DNA from: an uncultured virus (IMG/VR IMGVR_UViG_3300030294_000014)
Lineage: Duplodnaviria; Heunggongvirae; Uroviricota; Caudoviricetes
Virus record (IMG/VR): IMGVR_UViG_3300030294_000014
Direction: 5' to 3' (one strand)
Length of the DNA: 37,042 nt
This document shows positions 26,954 through 35,445 of the stretch, one piece after another. A program made the position numbers and the translations under genes. A model generated the notes under the pieces. The model did no database searches, was not told where the DNA came from, and saw only the letters and a list, made by a program, of their open reading frames with translations. Every line of letters begins with the position of its first letter. The stretch's first letter is position 1.

Positions 26954-28180
26954 TTAAAGTTTTCCTAAAAATTTATGGTTTTCTTTAGTTGATAACCTTG
27001 ACGCAAAGAAATTTTTAGCTAGCATAGAAATATCCCAATTTTCGTACGTCTTAGTTTCAGATTCTAAAACCTCGATATCTGAAATAGAAATATGTCTTAA
27101 AACGTCTTTTTGCAAATCTGTTTTAGCTTCATGTATTTTTTCTTTGTAATTCAAATATATTTTCAATATCTGATAAGAAGTATAAAGATAAGAAGAAAAG
27201 CTCTTTAATTGTTGTATTTCATCCTTAGCTTCTTCTTTCCCGTTATGTATATATTGAAGATTATCAATTATAATATTCAATATGTATTCAATTTCTCGGA
27301 ATCGGTTAGAAGGTATTTCATGACTAAAATTAAAATCTATCTTCTTTTCTGAGGCGGAACAATCCTCATACATATTACCAATTACATCTTTCCCCTCATT
27401 TTTAGCTACCCAAAGTTCACTCATATTCTTTGCAGTTTTATTCCATTCATAAATATGAAGACTTTGAGAATTATGAGTTTGAGTTCCAAGCTCAATTCCT
27501 AATGAAGCGGCGATAAGTTCTGTTAAAAAACTAAATTGAAAAATATTTGTAGGAAGTCCCCAATGTAAATCGTTACTCCGATTTTGAATAGTAGTTATTA
27601 ATTTCCCCTCTCGTATCTTTAGCATTACCAAATCATTACATGGTATATCTTTAGTTTTGTATCCTAAATCAAAGCTAGGATTCCAAATTGACATTACCAC
27701 TTGTCTAGTATTTGGGTTTTCTGAAAACAATTTTATCGCGTCTACGACTTGATCATAACCTTTTGAAGCATTTAGATTTTCATCTACAAATGAATCTTCA
27801 GTTCTTATTCCCCAATGTCTAAGTCTATAGCCATATGGAGCGTGGAAAGATTTTCCATCATCAGAAAAATCTACCATCTTTTTATTAAAGATAGACAAAA
27901 ATGAAACATCTTTCTTTCCCGTAGCTATCCACATTGCTTCTGCTAATAAAAAGAAAACGTTTATATCTCTTTCAAAACCTCCTACACATCTACGGTATGG
28001 ATTCAACAATTGAGTTTTAAAATCAAGTACTTCTTTGACATCTCCGTCGCGACTAGGTTTATAAGGTTTCTGTGTATAAATATAATAATTTATAACAGGA
28101 TATAAAGCCGAAAAATCAGAAGACTTAGCAACTCCTAATTCGGGCAAAAAAACATTTTTAATTTCATTCGTTGAACTCAT
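26954..28180 (-). CDS. Thymidylate synthase superfamily enzyme, probable dUMP hydroxymethylase
   Basis: SRDG, RDINVFFLLAEAMW, FSDDG, YGYR, DIPCN (catalytic Cys181), NRSND..WG..TN (Asn212) and SLHIY motifs; ~160 aa C-terminal extension. Confidence 0.8.
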   Translation of the reverse strand: MSSTNEIKNVFLPELGVAKSSDFSALYPVINYYIYTQKPYKPSRDGDVKEVLDFKTQLLNPYRRCVGGFERDINVFFLLAEAMWIATGKKDVSFLSIFNKKMVDFSDDGKSFHAPYGYRLRHWGIRTEDSFVDENLNASKGYDQVVDAIKLFSENPNTRQVVMSIWNPSFDLGYKTKDIPCNDLVMLKIREGKLITTIQNRSNDLHWGLPTNIFQFSFLTELIAASLGIELGTQTHNSQSLHIYEWNKTAKNMSELWVAKNEGKDVIGNMYEDCSASEKKIDFNFSHEIPSNRFREIEYILNIIIDNLQYIHNGKEEAKDEIQQLKSFSSYLYTSYQILKIYLNYKEKIHEAKTDLQKDVLRHISISDIEVLESETKTYENWDISMLAKNFFASRLSTKENHKFLGKL

Positions 28181-28214
28181 AATTTATCTCTTATTATTTT
28201 CTTTATATAACTAT

Positions 28215-28254
28215 GTATAAAAGAAAAAAGGAGAACTCATACATTCTCCTTTTT
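28215..28254 (-). terminator. Intrinsic (possibly bidirectional) terminator
   Basis: Inverted repeat AAAAAGGAGAA (28225-28235) / TTCTCCTTTTT (28244-28254), 8-nt loop, T-tract continuing on the minus strand; 20 nt past the stop at 28275. Confidence 0.8.
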
Positions 28255-28274
28255 ACACTTTACTTACGGAATAA

Positions 28275-29484
28275 TTATTTTTTCTTTGAGGTTTTCTTTT
28301 TAGGTTTTTCTTCCTCTTCTTCATCGTCTTCTTCCTCTTCTACAACTTTTTTAGAAACCTTTTTTAAAGTTTTTTTAGCAGGTTTTTCATCCTCCTCTTC
28401 GTCTTCCTCTTCGTCAGTTTCCTCTACTTTTTTTAGCCTTTTTAGTCTTTGGAGCTTTTTTGTTCAAATTCTCCTCCATCTTTTTTCGGTTTTCTCCCAG
28501 CTTCTTATCAATCTTTTGAACAGTAGCTGTAATTGCATCAAGCACGCTTTTTACAATTTCTAACGCTTCATCAATCGTTATCCCTTTTACAAAAGGTGCG
28601 CCGTTCCAACATGGTTTGTATTCAATACCTGCCTCGTCAAGAATATCGGTTGACTTAGTAAAGGTCAAAAGATACAAATTGCATTTGACAGAGCCGTCTG
28701 ATTGAGTAGCGCAATTTTCGATAAGAATTACTGAACGTTGAGAATTTTTACCCTTATGTTTGATAGTAACACCGGCAGAAGCGACATAAGCATAAGCAAA
28801 TTCGTCTTCGGGAAAAATCTTTTTGAATGGAGCAAATATCTTTCTGTCTTCTTCGTTATTCTTCGGGTCAAGTTTTGTGGCGTGTTTTGTAGTAGATACA
28901 GCAACTTTTTTAACAGGTTTTTTCTCTTCCTTTACTTTTTTGTCCGTTTTTTCTTCCTTAGAAGTTCTATGATCCACCTTACCTGTCATCTCCATCTCGG
29001 CAGCGTCATCTCCGTCGGCAAGTCGGATAGCTTCACGAATATCGTCATCGGTCATGGACTTCTTAACGATTACAGAGTACTCATTCTTTTTAATATATTT
29101 CTTCAAATCGCTTCTGTCCATAGCGTCGTATTCATCTTTTGACTCCTCTTCGCTTTCTTCTTCCTCTTCAGAATCTTCTTCCTCCTCCTCTTCTACAACT
29201 TTTTTAGAGGTTTTTTTAGCAGGTTTCTTAGCGTCTTCCTCTTCTACTTCAGAAGCAAGATCATCATTTTCTTCTTCCTCTGTTTTAGAGCCTTCAGTTT
29301 CTCCTCCTTCAACAAAAGATTCCGCAATTTCGATAAGAGTGTCCATATCTTCCTCTTCCATGCCGTCGATACCATTTTTAACTAGAATTTTGATGAGCTC
29401 CTTACGAGCTTCTTCTTCTGTTTTAACGTTAATTCCTAAAGATTTAACGCGTTTTGTTACACTTGAACTCAATTTTGTTCCCAT
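28275..29484 (-). CDS. Acidic/basic charge-block protein with HeH-like module; reading frame shifted at an A7 run (28428-28434)
   Basis: 356 aa ORF to 28414. A +1 shift continues as VEETDEEEDEEEDEKPAKKTLKKVSKKVVEEEEDDEEEEEKPKKKTSKKK* to 28275, with the same repeat vocabulary as the upstream part. Confidence 0.75.
28381..28412 (+). repeat. 32-bp direct repeat, copy 2
   Basis: Identical to 20760..20791. Confidence 0.85.
29024..29073 (+). repeat. 50-bp perfect direct repeat, copy 2
   Basis: Identical to 20832..20881. Confidence 0.95.
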
Positions 29485-29518
29485 TTTTTTTACAATTTTT
29501 AATTATTAACTATTTTTT

Positions 29519-30163
29519 CTATTCTTCATTATCTAAACTATAGCTTGAATATACTTTTCTTTGTTGTAATAATTCATTGCCATATTTTTTGATTAAAAAA
29601 GATTTTTGCATTTCTATTATATCTGAAACCTCTAGTGGTTCATCACCGCTATCAATTACTTGTTTTCTTATTTTTTTATCCTTATTGTTAAAATAAACTT
29701 TGCTAAGAAGTTTTGCGCTGTGACCTCTTAAAAATAAACTGAATATGGCTCTTTCTTTTCCATCTAAACCTTCCAAAAGGTCTATCCCATTTACAAAAAA
29801 TTTATTTTCTTCAGGAGAAATATTTGTATCATCTTCAACTCCAAAATCATAATTTATATCATCAATCCGAGTTTTATAATTTTCTCGGCTAATGTACTTC
29901 ATAAAATCTCTAGTTTTATTTGAGCAGGCGGCTTCTAAATAAAAACGAATTGGAACAGGTTTTGAAGCTTCATTTCTACGATATTTTCCCCATCGCCTTC
30001 CATAAGATTTTATAGAAGTAAATATTTTTATCCGAAACTCTTGAACCAAATCTTCAAATTCAAATGATAGTTCTTCATATGAAAATATTTTACTTGCGTA
30101 TTTCTTAGCAAGATACTCATATCTATTGTAGAGCAATTCTGACATTTTAGTATCTTTTACCAT
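29519..30163 (-). CDS. Phage sigma-70/ECF-like factor
   Basis: LYNRYEYLAKKYA...EDLVQEFRIKIF (region 2); LEGLDGKERAIFSLFLRGHS (region 4 start). Confidence 0.8.
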   Translation of the reverse strand: MVKDTKMSELLYNRYEYLAKKYASKIFSYEELSFEFEDLVQEFRIKIFTSIKSYGRRWGKYRRNEASKPVPIRFYLEAACSNKTRDFMKYISRENYKTRIDDINYDFGVEDDTNISPEENKFFVNGIDLLEGLDGKERAIFSLFLRGHSAKLLSKVYFNNKDKKIRKQVIDSGDEPLEVSDIIEMQKSFLIKKYGNELLQQRKVYSSYSLDNEE

Positions 30164-30313
30164 TTTGATTTACAATTTTGATTTACGATTCTGAGGTAAA
30201 AGTAATGTCTTGCTATAAATAAAAAAAATATTTTGATTAAAATTTTTGGATTTACCCAAAGATTTAACTCTTGTTAAGAAAAAACTTTGAATAAACCCAA
30301 CAAAATATATATT

Positions 30314-30748
30314 TCATAAGATTCTACAAACTTCATTTTTAGAAGCAACTTCATATTCTTGTCGTTGTTCAGAGTATAAAGTTAAAGTTTCATCTTCATT
30401 TATTTGATCTAATATCCAAATATCTCCTCTAAAAGAAAAATCATTCCCAATAGAATAATAATTCTTTAAATCTGATTCGCTCAATTCAAATTTAGGTTTT
30501 CCTAATTTATCAAATAATTCTCTTTTTATTTCTTGCATCTTCGAAGAATTATTCAATATGCTGTCCAAACAATTTCTCTTTGCTATATCATTTATCTTTT
30601 CGGACTTATAATTTAAAACTCTCTGATAATAAGATTTATCAGATGGGCTAAAATAGATTTTCTTTCTAAAGTCGGCAATCAAATACTCTCTTTGTACAGC
30701 AAGAAAATATTCTGCCACTGAAAGGTTTCTTGTTTTATTTATTGTCAT
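30314..30748 (-). CDS. Hypothetical protein
   Basis: 144 aa ORF directly downstream of primase. Confidence 0.75.
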   Translation of the reverse strand: MTINKTRNLSVAEYFLAVQREYLIADFRKKIYFSPSDKSYYQRVLNYKSEKINDIAKRNCLDSILNNSSKMQEIKRELFDKLGKPKFELSESDLKNYYSIGNDFSFRGDIWILDQINEDETLTLYSEQRQEYEVASKNEVCRIL

Positions 30749-30756
30749 ATTATTAA

Positions 30757-31725
30757 TTATTTTAATTTACCTATAACATCTGTTACAAAGTCTCTAGGCT
30801 TTTGTATATGATTGAAAACTTCTAATGCTTCGTCTTCATTACATTCGTCTATATCCTTTTTCATTGTATAAGTAATACCTGTGACAAAATAATTTTCAAG
30901 CTCTAATCCATACCTCTTTATATCCTTAATGGCATCAAAATCGTATAACAAAATTACATTTGTTACTCCCTTTATTCTTAACTTTTTAGATTGTTCAGGA
31001 GATATTTTTTTACCGAACGTACAAACACATTTTATCTCATCTCCTTCCCAAAGTTTCAAAACTTTATCAACAGATATTTTATCAAATATCCCTTCGACCA
31101 AAATAACGGATAAAGTATTTTTTGTTATTTCATCATATCCAAATAATAATTCGGCGAATTTTGTACCAACACTATTATTGTACCTCCTTTTATCTATAGG
31201 TACTTTTTTATCTCCATATCTTCCAACAAAACCCTTTATTTTTTCTTGATCAAAGACAGGTATCAAAACATAATTTTCATATTTTCTAAATAAATTTGTA
31301 GCTCCTATATTATATCTTTCACAATCTTCTGAAGTGACACCTCTATTTTTCAAATAAACGGTACTATTTTTAGAGACTTTCCAACCAACGGGCATCTTTA
31401 TAACGGGCAAGTCAGTTAACGCTATATCGTCTTGCTTTAACTCTTCCTCTAACATCCCTCGAAGACTTTGAATAGTTTCTCTATTTTCAACGGTCGCCCC
31501 CTCTAACAAATAAGTCTTTCCGAGTTGTTTGAGCAATTTGTATATGCTTCCAAATTCTCCGCATTTTTTACAATCAAATAATTGAGTTTCTTTTGATATA
31601 TAAAAATGAGAAGATTTTCCACAAAAAGGACAATCGCATATGTATTGTCCTCTACTATTCAACTTTGGATTTATCAATAAATCTCTAAGGTCTGAATCAT
31701 CTATCGTCTTTGTCTTTCTTTTCAT
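30757..31725 (-). CDS. DNA primase (zinc finger + TOPRIM)
   Basis: CPFC...H...CKKC; TOPRIM LVEGIFD and YDFDA; KDIDE. Confidence 0.9.
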   Translation of the reverse strand: MKRKTKTIDDSDLRDLLINPKLNSRGQYICDCPFCGKSSHFYISKETQLFDCKKCGEFGSIYKLLKQLGKTYLLEGATVENRETIQSLRGMLEEELKQDDIALTDLPVIKMPVGWKVSKNSTVYLKNRGVTSEDCERYNIGATNLFRKYENYVLIPVFDQEKIKGFVGRYGDKKVPIDKRRYNNSVGTKFAELLFGYDEITKNTLSVILVEGIFDKISVDKVLKLWEGDEIKCVCTFGKKISPEQSKKLRIKGVTNVILLYDFDAIKDIKRYGLELENYFVTGITYTMKKDIDECNEDEALEVFNHIQKPRDFVTDVIGKLK

Positions 31726-33088
31726 TTTTACAATCGTATTCGTCCCAATCAGTTGCCATTGTTCTTTTTCTATCGTAGAATCTAGCGTATGAAAAATTAG
31801 TACATATATGTATAGGGTCTCCGTTTTTGTAATCTCGAAGCTTATCAGTATTTAGACGTATCATCTCTTCTTTCGATTCATCCCTTGTAGCATTTAAAGT
31901 AACAAAAATATCGAATGGTCTAAGTTTTCCCTTATCCTCACTTAATTGAGCGCGGGTAATTACAAATTCTGGGTCGTTTTTGCTTTCTTCTGGAATATTA
32001 CTACTTTGAGTTGCCGCATGAACCACCGCATTGAATTCCATAGCTAACATCTTCATACCTTTTGCTAATTTAGCTTGTCGAAAACGTTCTTCGCCAGGAG
32101 TATAATTATGTCCGTCTCCTACTTCTAATAATTCTAAATAATCTACTATAATAACATCTATTTTGCCATATTTTTTCTCCATCTCTTTCACTTCTCTTCG
32201 AATATCAGGTAAAGTTTTGGCATTAAAAGTTTCTTCAGAAGAGATAAATATATCAGATTTTTTTAGTTTTTTAATTATACGTCTAGTTACTTCCATTTTT
32301 TTGCTAGATATATTACCAAGTTTAACCTCTTGATAAAGCGTTCCCGTCCAAGCTGCGTCATATCTATCAGCACATTGTTTAGCCGTTCCCTCTAATTGAA
32401 AATGGGCTACCCGAAAACCCTGTCTAGCGGCAGCTACTCCTAGAAAAACCAAAAGTTGGCTCTTACCTGTTCCACTATCTCCCAACCAAAGAACACACTC
32501 TCCCGTTTCTGGTCCACCGCAATCACCTCCTAGACGGTAATCAATTTCATCAATAGTAGTTGGTATTTTGTAATATCTCTGATAATCTTCGCTGTTACGA
32601 CGCGCTTGACGAACTTCAAAATCTGCAAATACTCGTTCAAATTTGGCGTCTTGAATAGAAAACTTACTAAATTCTTCAGCATACTTTACAAAAATATCAT
32701 AAGCTTTATCTTTTTCTCCGCGATTATAAACATCAGTTATCGAATCGTTTGCCTCTAAAAACTTCATTTTCTTTATGAACTTTTCAAAGGTATCTACTAT
32801 CGTTTCGTGACCTCCATTTTCATCTATTTCAATATCCGAAATTTCTTCTACCTTATCAAGAACTTTTTCATCATCCGAAAAGTTTTGTTGAAGTTGACCT
32901 ATCGTCGGAATCTTCCCCGTCTTATCATAACGTTTTGTTAACCATTGCCATAACTTCTTTTCAGATTCATTTTGTAAATACGAAAATTTTAAATATTGTC
33001 TAGCTATATCAAATACAGTCCTCTTACTTAAGGCTGCAGCGAATAGCTCAACGGTAAAATTATTAGTTAAAATATTATCTTTCGCCAT
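31697..33088 (-). CDS. Replicative DnaB-like (SF4) helicase
   Basis: Walker A GDSGTGKS, FQLEG, IIVDYLELL, HAATQ and KLRD motifs. Confidence 0.92.
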   Translation of the reverse strand: MAKDNILTNNFTVELFAAALSKRTVFDIARQYLKFSYLQNESEKKLWQWLTKRYDKTGKIPTIGQLQQNFSDDEKVLDKVEEISDIEIDENGGHETIVDTFEKFIKKMKFLEANDSITDVYNRGEKDKAYDIFVKYAEEFSKFSIQDAKFERVFADFEVRQARRNSEDYQRYYKIPTTIDEIDYRLGGDCGGPETGECVLWLGDSGTGKSQLLVFLGVAAARQGFRVAHFQLEGTAKQCADRYDAAWTGTLYQEVKLGNISSKKMEVTRRIIKKLKKSDIFISSEETFNAKTLPDIRREVKEMEKKYGKIDVIIVDYLELLEVGDGHNYTPGEERFRQAKLAKGMKMLAMEFNAVVHAATQSSNIPEESKNDPEFVITRAQLSEDKGKLRPFDIFVTLNATRDESKEEMIRLNTDKLRDYKNGDPIHICTNFSYARFYDRKRTMATDWDEYDCKNEKKDKDDR

Positions 33089-33662
33089 ATCCTCTTTTGA
33101 AATATATTTTTACATACTCTTGTTTAAGGAGTTCTTTACATTCTTTTTTGAAAACACAAGTCGCGCATTTACTACTCTTATGAAAATATAGAGTAGTATT
33201 AGCTATGCACCATAAAAACCCACGCTTTGTATTATGATAATCAGATTTGAATTTTTCTTCCACTGATCTTACAGACGTTATTATTTCGCTTATATTAGTT
33301 TGTTTCTTTGTTACATTTATATTATATTTTTTCTTTAAACAAGCTCTAGTAATATATACGTTGGTAGATATACTACACTTATTCCACCGATTTATAGCCG
33401 ACTTTCCAAAAACCCAACTAAAACGTACCTGACGGGAATAATCCTTTTCAGAACCATCATTGAACCAACTTTGAATACCATATTCTACAAACTTTCTTAC
33501 AAAGTCTTCTCCGACACTAGGATAAACGCTCATAAAATACTTCCAACACTCGGTATCAGAATTATTACATTTATAATTGACCTTTCTTTTTGTTACTTGT
33601 CCCAACAATTCTATGAATGTGTCTACAGCATATCTGAAAAGTCTCTGTCTTTTGAAAACCAT
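33075..33662 (-). CDS. Hypothetical protein between helicases
   Basis: 195 aa; C-terminal C...CATC...C cluster; overlaps both neighbours. Confidence 0.7.
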   Translation of the reverse strand: MVFKRQRLFRYAVDTFIELLGQVTKRKVNYKCNNSDTECWKYFMSVYPSVGEDFVRKFVEYGIQSWFNDGSEKDYSRQVRFSWVFGKSAINRWNKCSISTNVYITRACLKKKYNINVTKKQTNISEIITSVRSVEEKFKSDYHNTKRGFLWCIANTTLYFHKSSKCATCVFKKECKELLKQEYVKIYFKRGYGER

Positions 33663-35128
33663 TTTTTAGTCCACCTTTCTATTGTTTCTTTCCAATCGTC
33701 TATCGAAGTATCAAGTATTCCAACTCTTTTCTCTCCGATAGCTCCGATATATGTATTTAACCTTGTTTCCGAGTGTTCAGAAAAATAAGCGTCATATAAA
33801 TCAAAAAAATCTATTATCAAGCTTCTACTCTTAGTTTTTGTCGCTCCAAGTACACGACCCTTCTTTTGAATCGTATTTGCGTCTTCTAACCCGCCATCAA
33901 CATTTATCAATACTTCGACTTCTGGCAAGGTAACGCCCTTCTTAAAGATATTCGAAGCTAAGAGAAACCCTCCCTTTCCTTTTAAAAATTTATTCTTTGA
34001 TCGTTCGCGTTCTTCTGCCTCCGTCACTCCGCTGATAAAAGGTATTCCCGAAAGCTTTTCCATATTGCTACCATGCTCTACGCTTTGGAAAAGTACTAAA
34101 GTTTTTAAATTAAGCTTACGTAATATTTCAATCGTAGAAAGAAGTATTTTATTTCTAATTTTATTTTCAAATATTACTTTTTTTCTATAACCATTATAGT
34201 CCTCCACTTCAACGTCGTAATCAATATCATTATGATCAATAAGTAACATAAAAACTTTGTAATCTGACAATACCTTTCTATCTCTTAGACTTTTTTCAGA
34301 TATTGTATAAACTACATCTCCGCTCCATTCTTTGAGCTTAAGATTTTGAACAAATGTTCCTGTGCGATATGGCGTAGCCGAAAGGCACAGCTGATATTCT
34401 AACTTCTTCGCTTTTTTGTAAGTCTTAAGTTTAGCGTCTGAACAATTATCGTGTATTTCATCTATGCAAAGAAACTTCAAATCTTTTATATATTTTTCTA
34501 ACTCTCCCTTTTTCTTTGAATCTTTGCAACGCTTCGAATAAGTACTTTGAATAGTTTGTATCATACCAACTGTAACTCTCTTAGAAGTATCTACACTTCC
34601 CGCTCTTATTTCTCCAACCTCTATTCCTCCATACTTTTCAAAATATTCTTTTATGTCCGAAACTACTTGAGTAAACAAAGTTGTATTATCAGTGCAAAAC
34701 AAAAAATTTCCTTCATCTGAAGTAAGAAATATTCTTAAAATCTCCGACGCTATGAAAGTCTTACCTCCACGTGTTGGAACAACTATTATTCCAAATCTTC
34801 GTTTATAAAATGCTTCCACGGCGCGTCTTTGATGGATATATTTTCCTGACATTCTATCATCAATCTTTACGTTTTGTGGTATTTCAAGAACATAATCGTT
34901 CTTTTGGTATGGTATTCCATTTATTCTGATATACTTCTCCAAAGTATTTATCATACCTATTTTAAAAGTCATTTTTCGTTTGTCAAATTTTTCTATCTTA
35001 CTAGAATAAGCAAATGGGTCTGGATTTTTAAAAGTCAAAGCCTTTGCTACATGCCTTATTCCGTCTCGGCTTGATAGCTTGAACGAATATTCAAAATTGT
35101 TTGTCCTTTCTATGATTACACTTGACAT
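33623..35128 (-). CDS. Superfamily 2 DExH helicase (UvsW-like)
   Basis: PTRGGKT, DEIH, SATP, GVTLP and QKKGRVL motifs. Confidence 0.92.
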   Translation of the reverse strand: MSSVIIERTNNFEYSFKLSSRDGIRHVAKALTFKNPDPFAYSSKIEKFDKRKMTFKIGMINTLEKYIRINGIPYQKNDYVLEIPQNVKIDDRMSGKYIHQRRAVEAFYKRRFGIIVVPTRGGKTFIASEILRIFLTSDEGNFLFCTDNTTLFTQVVSDIKEYFEKYGGIEVGEIRAGSVDTSKRVTVGMIQTIQSTYSKRCKDSKKKGELEKYIKDLKFLCIDEIHDNCSDAKLKTYKKAKKLEYQLCLSATPYRTGTFVQNLKLKEWSGDVVYTISEKSLRDRKVLSDYKVFMLLIDHNDIDYDVEVEDYNGYRKKVIFENKIRNKILLSTIEILRKLNLKTLVLFQSVEHGSNMEKLSGIPFISGVTEAEERERSKNKFLKGKGGFLLASNIFKKGVTLPEVEVLINVDGGLEDANTIQKKGRVLGATKTKSRSLIIDFFDLYDAYFSEHSETRLNTYIGAIGEKRVGILDTSIDDWKETIERWTKKWFSKDRDFSDML

Positions 35129-35346
35129 TATTGTACTTTTAATCTATATTATTTTTAGGAGATAGGGGAACAAAGAAGTTTCCCCCTTAATCCCCCTATA
35201 ACAAAACTATACGTTATCTTTAGTATGATGGGTGAGAGTTGTTAGAAGTTACCCCTTTATTATCTTAGAACATTGCTCTCAATTGAGTTACTGGCGTTTT
35301 TGCGTTTACTCAAATTATAATAACGTTGAAACGTTAAATTATTATT

Positions 35347-35400
35347 TTCAATCTAACTATCCGAACTTTCATGTATTGTTGTGCGGATAGTTAGATTGAA
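35347..35400. repeat. 17-bp perfect inverted repeat with 20-nt spacer (terminator or cruciform candidate)
   Basis: TTCAATCTAACTATCCG (35347-35363) / CGGATAGTTAGATTGAA (35384-35400). Confidence 0.85.
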
Positions 35401-35445
35401 TTTGTATACTGTTATCACGCCAATTTAATTTTTTAATTTAACTCA

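Noticed and set aside
26954..28180. dCMP hydroxymethylase (hmC DNA)
   Set aside because: The specificity residue is Asn, not the Asp of dCMP-acting enzymes.
20760..29073. Diversity-generating retroelement TR/VR pair or att sites as the explanation for the direct repeats
   Set aside because: The copies are identical with no adenine-specific mismatches, and no reverse transcriptase or integrase is in the window.
20705..29484. CRISPR array or satellite from (TCT/TCC/TCG)n tracts
   Set aside because: These are codons for poly-Glu/Asp; there is no repeat-spacer periodicity.
17092..29509. Plus-strand ORFs (e.g. 17329..17937, 20817..21077, 28213..28563, 29054..29509) rich in Ser/Phe
   Set aside because: Antisense shadows of Glu/Lys-rich minus-strand genes; no independent coding signal.
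23412..35128. Inteins or introns in DnaE, primase or helicases
   Set aside because: Motif spacing and lengths are normal; no splice-junction or homing-endonuclease motifs seen.
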